Positions 27,746 through 42,591 are shown, numbered from the stretch's first letter. The stretch: DNA of 64,000 nucleotides from Chrysomallon squamiferum (GCA_012295275.1 CM022665.1:34100001-34164000); one strand, 5' to 3'. Notes: generated by a model from the letters alone, not told the origin. Numbers and translations are program-made.

Positions 27746-30047
27746 AAAAACTGTAAAATGATTTCAAAACCAGTCAAATCTAAATTCAATGTCAACTTTG
27801 CATAGAAAAGACAGTTCTAAAATTGCATTGAAGATGCTTACAAGAATGTTATATTTATTAGCATTAGTTTCTGAATGCAAAATGCAAAGTATAATTTTCA
27901 TGGGTGATAAGAAAATTAGTAATAATAATAATAATAACAACAACAATAACAGTAACAGAAACAATATATAAAATAGGGAAAAAGACGTTCTTTTTGAAGA
28001 AGAATATTCTATGAACATTTTTGACACTTTTTAACAATACCTAATATTGCCTAAAACTCCGACCATAATTTTTCAAAATACAAAACACATTTATTGTACA
28101 AAATAACTAATTTATATGTGAACACTACTTCTTTTTGAAAATATAGTTCATATGTATATATATATATATATATATAGAAAGATGCAGATTTATTTAATTT
28201 TATTTATTTTTTCAAGCTGGAAGTCACACACAGAAACAGTACATTTATTACTTAATGTTCAAAAAACAAGAATGAAATCAGAGCTTTAAACATCTAAATT
28301 GCTTATTGTTACACAGTATATTATTGTTAACATTGAATGCAAGAATGCTACATAAAGAAATAAACACATTTCTCAAAATTTTGTAACAACAAAAAATATA
28401 AACAGTATTCCATTATCAGTATTAGTATTTTTGTTGTTGCTGCTATTGTTGTTGTTGTTGATATTATTATTATTATTATTATTATAAAAAGATTTCTTCC
28501 TCTGTAATAGTGAAATTTTAACTAAAGTTTACTTCTTTTTATTTTATCATTCATTAATTAAAATGAAATAGAATGTAAATGAGATAATTGTTTCAGGTGA
28601 AAAGAAAACCATGTATAAATGATTGTGGATTTTGAGCAGCTACTGGGATTTGTAAAAATTATTCTGAATGAGAAACTACCTGGCCCCAAGGAAAAATTAT
28701 ATTATGGATCAAGATAGGATGCTTCCAATGCATAATCTCATGCTGAATTTATTAAATGATGATGACTTTATGACATATCCCATTTAAAAAAAAAAAAAAA
28801 ATTAAATAACATCCTGTAATTATGTGCATTGAGGTATTTATCAGATATCAAAATGTTAGTAGTTTTCCCCATTTAAAAATCTCTGCCTGTGCAGTTCACT
28901 ATCCCATTTGTTAAACATTACAGTAATTTTATTTGCCTTTCTTGTTTTTTTTTTGGGGGGGTTAAATAATAGAGCTTTCTAAGCAGTTCACAAAAGCATT
29001 TATTCAGACTATTAAAGGTTTCGTGTCTGGGCATTTTAAGAAAAAGAAGCAGAAGGAATAAGTTTCAATATATCAGATAAACCATCTTGAATTAAGATCT
29101 AAAGAAATTTAAATATTCTGGACTGATGGTTGCATAAAATGCAAAACACCAGTAAAAAAAAAAAGGGCATATTAAAATAATTTCACTGAACAGTATGAGT
29201 GATTCATTGCTCAGTTTATGCCAAATATAATCTTAAATGAAGCTTGAAAGACTTGAATTTTTTTTATAAAAATCCTGTAAAAAAAAAAAAATATTAGTAA
29301 TAAAAATATAAGTCATTTAAAATATTTTTAGAAACCTGCAAGCCAGTCAAAAAAGTAATTTACACAAAATGTTTAAAAATATAAAAGGCTACATACATTA
29401 TAATCTTACAGATAAAATTAAAATGTACAAAAGATATTTTAATCAAATAACATTCATTTAATATTTATTATTACATTATTTATTGTAATATCCATTCATA
29501 AAATACTTATTATTTTGTTTTTAGTGACAGCAGCCACTTAGGAAATATTTAGTAATGGTGATATCGAGCTATAAAATGCTAAATATTATATTTCTTAAAA
29601 GTCTGTTTACACTATTTATTTCCTAATATAGGTTACCATCTTATGTGACATACATTTTATTGCTGACAACTTCAAGGCACCAGTATTCTTAAATATAAAT
29701 AAATTTATAAAGTCATGTTTATATAATAATTATATTCAAAGTATTTTTATATAAAGATCTTTGGTCTTATTTCCCTGATCTTTTCTTTCTTTGTTTTTAG
29801 TTATTTCATATTTCATACTATAATCCTGACTCTGTTTATTTTTGCTCTGTTTTTTTCTTTTGTTTTTAAAAATTTTACAGGTAATTTCTCTTAAGTTTTA
29901 AAAATATTCAAAGCTTAGCTTAGACTAAGTTATTCAGCTTTTAACACATCAGTTTAATTTATGATTCAGTCTGTAAAGATTTAATTTCCTTTCATTTAAA
30001 ATTTAAAATTCAGCCTTAAAGAATCTCTTATAAGCAAAAGAAAAAAA

Positions 30048-30104
30048 AATTATTATGAAAAAGTCATTATTGTAAGTTATAATAATGACTTTTTCATAAT
30101 AATT
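30048..30104. repeat. Near-perfect 57-bp palindrome
   Basis: AATTATTATGAAAAAGTCATTATTGTAA-G-TTATAATAATGACTTTTTCATAATAATT; 28-bp arms with one G:T pair. Confidence 0.9.
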
Positions 30105-31229
30105 ATTTTTATTTAGCTTTTTCTTTTTTTTTTACTTTTGTGATAATGTAATAATAATTACTATAATTTAATACACAGCCTTATTTTCACAAATATTATA
30201 AACTGAAACATTCTACAATACTTCAGTCTTAATAAACAATTATACCTGAATGACCTATATAACAGTATTTTATGACGTGACGTGAAAACAATTAACCTGC
30301 TAATCAGAGCAAACTGTTGTGAAGCACGTCTACGACCGGCACGCTTCCTGACAGGTCAGCAGGCGTGTCCGTCGCAATTTTATGACACAAAGACCTGTCC
30401 TTTATAGCAGAACAACAATATTTCATCTTAACCAAAAGTGTTTAACAATTCCACTGCAATACCTATATATTGATTCAGGTGATAATTAATACCGTTAGTA
30501 TTGATCAATATCGAGAAACAGTGATATCCATCATGACACAGTGAAAAAAAAATATAATTAGTGTTCATTTTATACTTTCTATCTGAGATGCTTGTCCAAA
30601 AATAAATAAATAAATAAATAAATAAATAAATGGTACAAAATTTTTGTCACACTGATACAATAGTAAATTTCTTTTCCATATATTTTTGGTTAACTTTTTT
30701 ATTTATTTTTATTTTCATTTTTAATTTATTTTATTTTATTGTTTTATTTTGTTTTGTTTTGTTTTGTTTTTTTGTTTTATTTTATTATTTTACTTTCTTT
30801 ACTTTTATTTACTTTATTTTATTATTATATTTGTTGTTCTACTTGTGCCAGTTTAATATAGACAGAAAATACATCACTGTATCAATATGTAACACAGAAA
30901 AAAAGTAACCTAAGACCTTATGAAATGAAAATATTTTTCAAACTGCATTTTATTTTTCACCTTTGTCACTCAAAACCAAAATTGTTAGTCAAACCAAAAT
31001 CAACCTATTTATACACATGATCATAACACTTCCTATTATCCAGCAATAGAATATTATATAGTTCCAAATTATCAAATTTCTGGTGACATTTATTTTATTT
31101 TTGACATAATGCTAAAATATATTTGTGATTTACAACTAGTTAAATGTCAACTTAATAAAACCAAACACTTGTTGTTCATCATCAGGGCTTGGTTGCAGTT
31201 GTTATCTTGTTTGTTGTGGTTGTATGATT

Positions 31230-34200
31230 TTATGGTCGTGACATCATCTGTTCCTTGAGAATCTTTCGAAGAATCTTTCCACTAACAGATTTAGGAATTT
31301 CATCTACAAACTCCACTCCGCCCCGCAGTCTTTTGTATGGGGATACATGATCTACAATACAAACATATATTTTATTTCACCTATTATTTTTGCTTGTCCA
31401 GTTAATATATATGACTTATTTTGATATTTGTTTCATTTCATTTCATTATATTTTATTTTATTTCGTTTCATTTATTTATTTACTTATTTTTATTTTTTTC
31501 TTCTAAATAATTAATTTCAAACAATCTCTTGTTAGTATTATTTTTTATTGGTTTATTAAATATAAATTAAAGAAAATATGAACAGCAATTTCATCTAAAC
31601 ATTTAAATCATTCTAAAGTGTTCAACTACTGAATAATTTAGCTATTATTATGTTGAAAAGATATTTGAAACAGTTTAAAATATAACTTTTTTTTCATTAT
31701 CATCATTATTTATCATAAATAAGGTGAAAAAAACAAAAACAAAAAAAATAGTGTTCCTGATTCTTTTTTAAAACAATATTTACCTTCAACAAATTGAATG
31801 ACATCCCCTTCATATAATTTGGCATTGTCCTTGAGGACAACATATGCTCTGGGTAGTTCTCCTGCTGCTTCATCAGGGACGCCTATCACAGCAACATCCT
31901 GAACAGATGGGTGGGTGAGCAGCAGATTTTCAAGTTCTGCTGGTGGAACCTACAATAAAAAAGAATTAAATTAATCATTTGAAGTGTCCCACTAAAGTTA
32001 CTGCATGAAAATATATACATATATAAATACACACTCACACACATATACACCCACACCCACCCATCCTCTCACACACACACACACACACCTATATTTCCAA
32101 GACATTATTTGTAATGTTATGTGCCATTTTAGAACTTCTGACGATATTTTCCGATAAATATTATATATCTGAAAATACATTCAGAAATATATGGATGAAC
32201 TTTTTTCTGAAAAATTAAAGTAAATATTCCACATCATATAAAATAAAATAGTTTTCAAATATGTTGAAAAATAAACAGACAATCAACCATATACAATAAA
32301 TATGCTAAAATTATTAGTTATAAAACAAAATATTAAATATCTCTTCTAAAGAGTTGGTAACTATTTATAAATATTGTTTACTACATTATTAAAATTGTCT
32401 CCAAACAGATTTTATTTTCATCAAAAGGTTTAAATTTACCTGATATCCTTTATATTTGATGAGGTCTTTCAGTCTGTCTTCAATAATAATGGTGCCATTC
32501 TCGTTGTAGAAACCTAAGTCACCTGTTAAATAAGGAATATATTTACAATTTTATATTGTATAAAGTAAAAATTACTAATACTACTATTGTCAAATAAAAT
32601 ACTAATAATGCATCAAAAAGCAGTAGCAGTTTAGAAGTAGATAATTTTACTGATTAGGTGTTATATAGGCCTATTATAAAATTATGTAAAACATTTACCT
32701 GTGTCTTTGAAATTCATTTTATAAAAATTGTAAATAATATGAGAAATTTACCTGCATGTTTGTTTTGTTCTGTATTATAAAACTGCATGTTTGTTTTGTT
32801 CTATATTATAAAACTGCATTTGATGTTACACTTTAGGAGATTATATCATTAGTTTACCCATGTTTGATATTATTAAACTATATAAATTGTTACCTATGTA
32901 CATATATTATATAAAATGCCTGCCCTTGCGTTTGATGGTTTATATTATGAAATTATATAAAATATTTACCCATGATGTAAAATTACCTGACTAGTTGCTT
33001 ATGTGTCTGATATTCTGCTTTGTAAGATCATTATAAAAGTACATGGAAGAGTTAGCTGTATGTTTGTTGTTTTATATGAACAAATCACATATAATGTTTA
33101 CCTGTATGTAACCAGCCATCCTTATCCAGTATTTTGTCTGTGGCCTCTGGGTCATTCAGGTAGCCTTTCATCATCTGGGGTCCCCTAGCACAGATTTCAC
33201 CAAATTCACCTGCTCCCAGGGTTTTACCTGTCTCCACAGACAAGATCTTTGTAATACAAGAGATGGAAATAAAGAATATATAACATTAATATTCAGCATC
33301 TTCCATAAAGAAACAGTATGTTAAAAAAAAAAAAAAAAAAAAAATTCTGATATAAATGCAGTATTTCAGACATAGGTTCAATATTTTCAGATGTAAATGT
33401 AATATTTTTAATTCAAGATGTAATAATTTCAGTTCTGGATACACTCAGTCTCATAATAGTCTAGTATTAAATATTTTTTTTTAAACTTGAGAGTAAAATG
33501 TAATAACTATATTTATGTAAAAGAAATGAGATTTATTATGCTATGGTCTTGTGTAGCTGCTGATAACATACCTTGGCCTCAGTGTTAGGGATGCAGTGGC
33601 CAATGGTACCTGGGATACCTGGTGGGGAGTCTGCACAGATTACTGGTGATGATTCAGTTAGTCCATAACCTTAAATGCAAATTGTGTGATTAATTTATCT
33701 TTATTGTTATCTTTTCAAAATATAAGTAATTTCTGCTAATATACTTAACTACACTATTATTAGTGTTGTTGTTTTGATTATTATTAATTCAATTATTTAT
33801 TTTTATTTTATTACATTTTATTATATTTTATTTTATTTCATTTTATTCCATTGTATTCCATTGTATTCCATTTCATTTTATACAATTTAAATGATTTATT
33901 ATATTTTTTAAATAATTTTTAATTCTATAATAATTATGTAACATGATTTATACATTGATGATTTTAGTAAACAAATAGAAATAAATAAACCTATAAATAT
34001 TTTTCTGTATCTGTCAGCCATTTATTTCATTATTTTTCTTTTTCAATTTTAATACATGGCAATATCATATATTTTATCAAATAATATCTTATTTAATATA
34101 TTTTTGTTTGTGGATTTGTCAGATTATTGTTTGACATTTTTCTTAGACAATATTTCTAGATAAATATTAAAAAATTAACAGTGACTTAGAATTATATCAG

Positions 34201-34788
34201 TTTCTATTTACTTTCAAGAGCTTATCAATTTCCTGTGTCAAACCTTCTTATTATCAAAAGGTGGTCAAGATAAGCACTTCTTGGGAACACATTTTAATTA
34301 AGTAATAATTGCTATAGAAATCAAAAATGCAAAGTATCTCAAGAGACTGGTTGATCTCTTTGACTAACTATATTTTGATAAGGTAATAATTTTCTATAGA
34401 AAGTGATTATTGACATACCTTGATAGATAGGTATGTTGTATTTGTCTTGAAAGTCCAAAACAAGTCCTTCACCCAATGGGGCAGCTCCAGAGATTATGTA
34501 ACGTAGAGTTTCCATATGTTTCTTTGTCACACTGGGAAATTTGTCCAGAAAGAGAACAATTGGAGGTACTATGTGCATTATGCTTATCTGTGGCAAGAAA
34601 AAGATCAGAAATACTGAGAAATAGATTATACGTCACATGAATAAACTGAAGTGTGAAAAAAAGGCCAGAAGCAAAAAAGAAAAGGTTATTTATGTGTCTT
34701 AATGTAAGCATATGAATGAATGTTAGCCTCTTTATGTGTGTGTAAATATCATTATTATCATGATCATTATGACAGTAGTGGTAGTAAC

Positions 34789-34848
<60 letters not shown>

Positions 34849-37800
34849 TGTAGTAATAGTAATGAAAGCAGTAATACAGTAACAATCATATTTTATTCTA
34901 TAATTAATTATAAATTATAAATTAATTATAAATAATAATAACTTCGACCAAAATTTATTAATTTAAAAACATAAAAATTCTTAATTAAATACATGTACAG
35001 GGTATCAGTTTCCAGGTCTTACTTTAGATTTGACTATTGAATTAAGGAACATTTCTGGATCAAACTTGGGCAGAATGACAAGAGTGGCTCCACTCTGCAA
35101 GGCACCAAACTGTACTGGCATCATTCCATAAATGTGATAGAATGGCAGAATTCCTAGTAGAACATCATCTGGTGACACTTCCATGGGGTTTCTATTTTTT
35201 AAAACATTAATATTGTTTATTTCATTGAGAGATGTGAATGAACCTCATATTACTAAAATGTAACATTTGCTTTTCTCTGTTCAAACTTTATTTTATTTAC
35301 ATTTGTTGGGTTTTTTTTTTGGCTGTGGGAATATTTCTAGATAAAAATTAAAAAATTAACAGTGACTTTGAATTATATTAGTTTCTATTAATTTTCAAGA
35401 GCTTATCAATTTCATGTGTCAAACCTTTTTATTATCAAAAGGTGGTCAAGATAAGCACTTTTGGGGAACACATTTTAATTAAGTAAGTGAGTATGGAAAT
35501 TGTTTTGTTATGTTGGTGTTTTTTTTTTTAAATTAAATTGTTTATTATCAAATTTTTTTGAATTTTTTAAATAAGGCAAGCAATGTTGCCAAAAGATGAA
35601 AAATGGTCAAAACTAGGGCCCTAGTGTCTGTGTACATACATAAAATTAACACAAGTTAAAAAATATATATCTGAAGTTAGTAAATAAGGCAAAATTAGAT
35701 TAGTCTCGATCTCTGCTACCCATATCTGTGATAAGACAATTCAAACTATTTCTAAGATGGCCATGTGTTCACATTATATGAGAATGCTAAATGTTATGCA
35801 TTTATAAAGAGCATTTGTTTAAAAAAAAAAAATAATAAAAAAATAAAAACTTAAATTAAAAATAATTAAAAATTAAGAAAAATTAAAATTAAAAATAAAT
35901 AAATAAAAACCTCAAAACTCCATCACCTGTTTTATTATAAGTCAGAATATGAATTTCAAACAAAACTCACCTGATCTGTTTAAGATTGGACACACAATTT
36001 TTGTGAGTCAGCATCACACCTTTAGGCAGGCCAGTGGTGCCACTGGAGAAAGGTAAAACCAAAGTGTCCTCTGAAGGGTTGATGTCAAAATTTCCTGAGA
36101 ATGACTTTCCGTCATCTTTCATCATGAGGCCAATTGGTATGCAACCCTCAACTTCACCAAATGTAAACACCTCTGCTATCTGTTCTTCAATGGCTGGATG
36201 CTTGTGGTAAGCTGCTTTCAGAGTTGGTAGCAGTATTTCGATGGTCACTATAGCTTTTGATTCAGATATCTGGAGATGGCGAGCTAGCTCAGCTGTGAAA
36301 ATAATGGCAATTGTTTTTGTTTTTTTAAACATGGCTTATTAAAGTAAGAAGTAAAATAAATTTAAAACAAAATTGTAAATACTTTTCAGAGATTCAAAAA
36401 TGCCCATCAAAAACACAATATCTGATATATTGTTATTCTTTATTATTAGAAAAGAATGGTGACTATTAATTATTAAAATAATACTTTGGAAGCACTTGCA
36501 CACAAAAATATAATGCAGTCTATTTGTACTTTCAATCAAAGATATATTTTAAAAAATCAAAACAAAACAAAACAAAATCAGCACTTACAAGGGGAGTAGA
36601 GAGGGTTAGCTGGTGACAGTATTACTCCTAGACAGGCTGCAGCCATGATGAGAATGGTGTATTCTGGGAGATTTGGGCTGAAGACAGCTATTACATCTCC
36701 TTTTTTGTAGCCACGCTTAACTAAAGCACTGGCTACTCGAATAGAAAAATCTCTCAGCTGTGAGTAAGTATAGCTTCTACCTGTCGGATAGTCGATCTGT
36801 TCAATAGAGAAATTTATTTTTATCTATCACTGTCACTGCTATCATCAACAGTTTTATCTCCAGTTATCATCACTACAGCTATTATTATTATTCTTAGTAG
36901 TAGTAGTAGTAGTAGTATACTGACATCTTTTTTCTATATATATAGTAGAAAATTCTTATTTTAAAATAATAAAAATATTGTGTTAAACATTAAATCCACT
37001 GTTAATTAGGCTGTTGAAATGCAATAAAAATGTGTTCCCTTTGTTACAAATTGTACAAAGTTGTTAATGTAGATGATATTAGCTATGTTCTATGCACTAT
37101 TAGACACCTATTAACTCAGTAATCAGAAGAATATTTGTAATAAAATTATGTCTGAAGAAAAGATCAAACTAAGAAATGATGGCATAACATTTTGAACTGG
37201 TTTTCTGCAGGGTGTGATGTTCCACAATTATTATCACAATTATGTGTGGAAATATCAAACATAAATTTATGTTATTTCTAGAGATTAACCCTTGTTGCTG
37301 TTTTATTTCTTATGCTTATTTAGACTTGTCCAGCTCATATAAATTATTAATCAGTGCTACATGTTCCTGTATGTTTACTAACACACTACCTATGACAGTC
37401 TTTCCGAGAATCTTTGTTATTTTAAAATATACAGATTCTTGAAGACAGATATAAGTTTATCTTAGTAAAAAGTAAAATTAAACACTGGCTAACCAGAACA
37501 ATAAATTACAAGTTATAACTTATGTAGTGTATGTCATAGTTTGAGTACATGCTGTGACGTCAGGATACAGCAGTAATAGCATACATTTGTTTTCATCTGC
37601 TTTCCAACGAAAGTATTTTTTATGTTATACGTGAAAACAAAAATCATAAAGAAAAAAAAAGGTTTCCGATACCTTCATTTAAATTTCTATAAAATATTAT
37701 ACGAAATGTTGTGTCGAAAAAGAGAAAATAATCTTATTGTAATACTTTATTATGATAAAAGGTCAAGCTCAATAATAATTTTAAAAAAAAACAAAAAAAC

Positions 37801-38149
37801 TTTTCGAATATAATAAAATGTTGTTTTTTTGTTAAGATATTTTAAAGTTTAATAACAATGTAAAAAGAACACATACGACTGCTGTTTTGTCTCCATGTTC
37901 GTCAAAACATGAAAACAAATATTCTGTAAGAGAAATATCTGGAATGTCTTCACTAGGAAATGGACTCTTCAAGATATTGTCTGACGTTACTGATGAAATG
38001 AGACGCGCCGACTGCACGGGACTGCTTCCTTTGCGTAAGACCTTCAGCAGCTGTGAGCCAACGGCGGTGCGAGAATGCAGCCCAGACGTGGAGAACGTGC
38101 GACCGTTTTTCAGACCCCGGGAAACCAGCCTAGTCACCGAGAATCTCAT
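31230..38149 (-). CDS. 4-coumarate-CoA ligase-like / luciferase-like acyl-CoA synthetase (ANL superfamily), ~584 aa, predicted mitochondrial presequence
   Basis: 10 coding exons: 37877-38149, 36589-36796, 35971-36292, 35023-35191, 34419-34587, 33572-33669, 33102-33246, 32440-32522, 31784-31949, 31230-31351 (1755 nt). Motifs [79 protein letters not shown]. An acceptor AG 4 nt upstream of the ATG implies an upstream non-coding exon. Confidence 0.95.
34149..34305. repeat. Copy 1 of a ~157-bp element duplicated in two introns of the 4CL-like gene
   Basis: Nearly identical to 35330-35486; contains hairpin TTCAAGAGCTTATC...GATAAGCACTTCTTGGG. Confidence 0.85.
34775..34862. repeat. (TAG)n microsatellite
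   Basis: AGTAGTAGT tract in an intron. Confidence 0.95.
35330..35486. repeat. Copy 2 of the duplicated intronic element
   Basis: Nearly identical to 34149-34305. Confidence 0.85.
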
Positions 38150-41100
38150 ATTTCTGAAATTAAAAAAAACAACAACAAAAAAAAAAACATTAAAATTAAA
38201 ATTATAATAATATTAATAATAAATTAAAATCAAGATGTATACTTTTTTAACAGATTGGTGCAGTAATTATCTAAGTTACATAAAACTTACTTTTAAAGGA
38301 TATTGGAAGGGTTTTTTGATGTTTTGAAAATATATTTGAACCACCTATCAATCAGTTTGAAACGTCGATAAATTATATATTTATATCTGAAACATCGGTG
38401 ATATATTATTTAAATGAGGTTGATATCATAATATACCAAGTTATTCTTTATGACTGTACATAAGGAATAATTTTTAAAGTTTGCACAAAACAGCCAGAAA
38501 TGTATTTATGTTATACCCTGAGAAATTTAATACTAATGCTTCAGTAGAAAACAAAATTAATAAACAAATAAAAAACTATTATCTATGACGCACTGTTTCC
38601 CCGGTTCCAGTAAGTTTCCAACAAGAAAATATACCAAGGCTAAAGGTAACAGTTGTGAAAATACAAATTACAAGTACCGGTTATTAGAAGTACAAATACT
38701 GGCTGCATAGAGTTTACCTAATCTAATACCCCTATCACCCGAACGCCGTTAATTACTGTAATACGGATTTTCTGTACGGTAAGATTTTTCTCTTGAACTT
38801 ACATATAATCTTCTTTATATGGTTCACCTGAGCTAATCAAGTTTCAACATTAAGATAAATTCTAGTGTGAAAAGAAATAAAACCCGAAGGTATGATGCAT
38901 TACTATAATATTTAAGCTACTCTGTACGCGCTGTATCACATCTTATGCAGATAAAAAAAAAAGGCTTTTTAATGCTTATATAATGTAATATTTCATTAAA
39001 ATAGTCACACACACACACACACACACGTGGAAATTTTAAATATATTTAGCATACGACAAACACATCGTTTTGTTTCTTTCATGCTGCTAAGTGTGATAAT
39101 AATGAAACAAACTCGCAAGAATATCATTTACTTTTAATCGCCACATTTCAGCAACATAAACGTAGACTGGATTACCTCCCATCAGTCATATGCTTATTTG
39201 TCAGTTTATAACAGCACAGGCCAAGGTTTGGTGCACACTTAATCCTTTGCCCGTTACCCATATAAAACATGGTATGATCCCTCATTGTTGTATATTGTAT
39301 GTCTACCGACAATAAATAAATGAAAGAAAGGCTTATAATTATTTATACATTTTATTTCATCCAGATAACTTGATCACTTAAGTTTCAGTAGATAACCTAG
39401 GAAAATATTCCTTCTGTAAGATTTAGCTCATTATTTGGCACAAGACATTATGATGTAATTTCCCATCTAACTCTCAGGTTAGCCATGTTGTTGCAAATGC
39501 AAATTTAGCTAACCATAATTCTGACATAGAGAGATACATACATATGGCAGGTTAATAACAATCCTTGACTTAAATTATCTTCATTGGCAAGTACAATTTG
39601 CAGCTTTGCCCACTCTTTTAGAAATAAGGATAACAAGGGTGGGTGCCCTATTAGTAAGGAGGTTGGTCGGATGGGGTCAGTCAGTATATTCTTTTCTGAC
39701 TTTATATCTATAAAATTAAACTTTTTTCAGTATGAGTACTTTAAAAACAAAAAACAAATGTGTTCAAATTAACACCGGGGTACTTCAGCAACATTTGTGA
39801 TGTGAATGGATGAATTACACTTGATTTAATGACACCTCAGCAAGTTTAACTATAAAGGTTTGTAGGCAAAACATGTTGTTGTTTTTTCAGAACTAGCAGA
39901 GGATATTTTGTATGCAGCGTCTTACAAAAGGGAAATCAGATGCAACCAATCCTACGACACTAGTTACCACGAAAAATAACTCTATGAATCTACTGGAAAG
40001 GACTGGTCATGAGATTTAAGACATAATCAAAACTGTGCTGTAACCACAGAGCATAAGCCATTGTCGAAACAATGTTATAGTCATATTCATTATTTGTTCC
40101 CATGGTAACAAAAATAAATAAATAAAATAGGATTTAATAGTATACAGTATTATTGATAAAACAGAATGTTCGTAATACAGAATCAAAAGTTCTCAAAATA
40201 ACATTACAATACTTTTTTAAATCACATCTGTTATTTTTAAGCCGCTTTATTAAACGTTTTATAATCAGGTCTTCGGGATCTGTACTTCATTGTTGATATA
40301 TGTGTGTTCGTGTATATTAAGGCCTTTCTTTGTTTAATATGGTCTGTGCACTTTTCTCTTTATATTTCATTTTAAAGATCAATGAATTAACTGATTAAAT
40401 GTTCATAGGGTAAACAAGGTGTACTATTTATGAATACGAATAAGTTGAACATAAAAGAACAAAAAATTATGCTGACAAAAATGAACGTCTTTGTCCTTTA
40501 TTTGATATCTGGTAAACATATACTTTATTATAATTATTTCTCACATAATTTATTTCTACACTTAGGACTATATTATGGCCGTCCAAAAAGGGTTAGAAGG
40601 TAATATGTATACGAGGAAACCTTTACCTAGCTGGAATTTGTTTAACAATAACGTTACACTACAGTAATGATTTTGTACAAAGAGCATATAAAGGTTTCTT
40701 GAGTACGAAGAGCAATATGCTATTCACTCAGTATGAAAATTATAAATCTATATTTAGCCAACCGCCTTTATTTAAAGAAGAAAAAAAGGACACGAATCGT
40801 CTGCTACGTTTTTAATTTCCAGGTAAATACTGTTTTCATCTGTAAAACCTTCCAACACTACATTTTGTGTTAGTGGTTGTACTCTGAAAAGTCCAAAGTC
40901 CTGTGCTATCGAGTCCCACCCATTTGTATTGTTATTCATTTATTTGCTATAAATTGTGATGTGTATGGGCATAAATTGATTTATATACATTTTCAGTTCA
41001 AAATCTTTGAACATGTAAACTTAATGTTTATGCTTTGTAGCTATCAGTTAAATAATGTCCTAATGGAAGGAGAGCTGGTGATCTTGCGCTTAATGGAGGA

Positions 41101-42560
41101 TGTTCGTTGAAAGAACAGCCTAACTGCTGTTATTTACTGATTGGAATTTCTCAGATTTATTGATGCAGTTCACTTTCTTAATTGTATCCTGTTCACTTTT
41201 CAACGTTAAAAACTGATGAACAGCAGTACACAAGGTTGTATTACGATGAAACAAAATATATAGAAGAGGTCAGCGTGGATAGAAAAAAACAAAACAAAAA
41301 AACGTAGATTTTGTGCATATGTATACAAGATAATCCATCTACCTATTATGGCAAAGGATAACATTACTAGTAAAGCTCTCTATGTTATTATATCTTTGGC
41401 ATGGGCAATCAGACTATTTTTATAAATATGCGTGTACGCTGAATTCGGAACTGAAAGAAAAATCAATACGTATTTTGAGGACAAGGCCGCCAGCTTTTGG
41501 CAGTAGCAGGCAAAACATGGGAGTTGCTTTACGGACCAATCGAAAGAGATTAGTGGCAATATCGTCAGAGTTGTAGGATTTTTTTCTTTATAAGATCAAT
41601 GATTATGATACCATAGTTATTAACATCGTTTTTGTTTGTTGTTTATTAATTCGCACAAAAGCAAGCAATACAAATTATAATATAATACGAAATTTATATG
41701 ATTTTGTTCTTTTTTTCTAAAAACTGATGTGCTAAAATTACATAACACATAAATTTATGTACATGTAAATGGTGTATACAATGATAGACATACAAACACG
41801 CACAACAGATACTGGTTTTTCAGCATGGCTGACTAAACAAAATAAAAAAAGACTGCTAGAGCTACACTATGTACTGTTTTGTTGGTTGTGAAGTAAACAT
41901 AAGCAGGTACAAATCAGACCCCCAAAATATACCCCCAAAACCCTTTATAATATTAATGTTTCCACTGCATGTATACCTAAGAGGATTTATACATATATTT
42001 GTATTATACCTTTGGTAACTATTGATAACTGCTGATTAATTAAACAATGAAAACGTGCAGCATTAATTGAATCAAGCTACTTTCTAAAGTGTATTAACCG
42101 TCACGACATGAGTCCATGGAATAATGTTGGCAACAAAATTAGTATCACAACAAAAGCATAATTAACGAACTGTACATAATCAATATACTTTGTAACATAT
42201 GCAAGATATTACGAAGTAAACTTGCAATTATACGATTTAATAGGATTACCATCATGGATAATCCTTTTGATACTGTATAAATAAAAACTCGAAACCACCC
42301 CCTTTTTATTTTATTTTTTATTTTTTATTTTGTTTTGGGTAGTCATACCTTTAACCTTGTAGGCATACTCCTTATAATGATACAGTCAGTAGTAAACAAA
42401 CCAAAAACTAATTAATATTTACTAATTTCTACTAACTTAACGAATCGATGTAAAAACAAAACTAAAACGAAATGTTTTCTTGGTTCATAGATAATACCAG
42501 CATAATAAAAAATAGCTATCATGGGCAGTTTGCCAAGATTACATTATTATTATTATTATT

Positions 42561-42591
<31 letters not shown>

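Noticed and set aside
31180-31232. Stop-codon readthrough giving a cryptic PTS1 on the 4CL-like enzyme
   Set aside because: The stop is TAA-A (poor readthrough context) and the extension does not end in an SKL-like tripeptide.
34469-34920. PolyY and polyS ORFs
   Set aside because: Translations of the intronic (TAG)n microsatellite.
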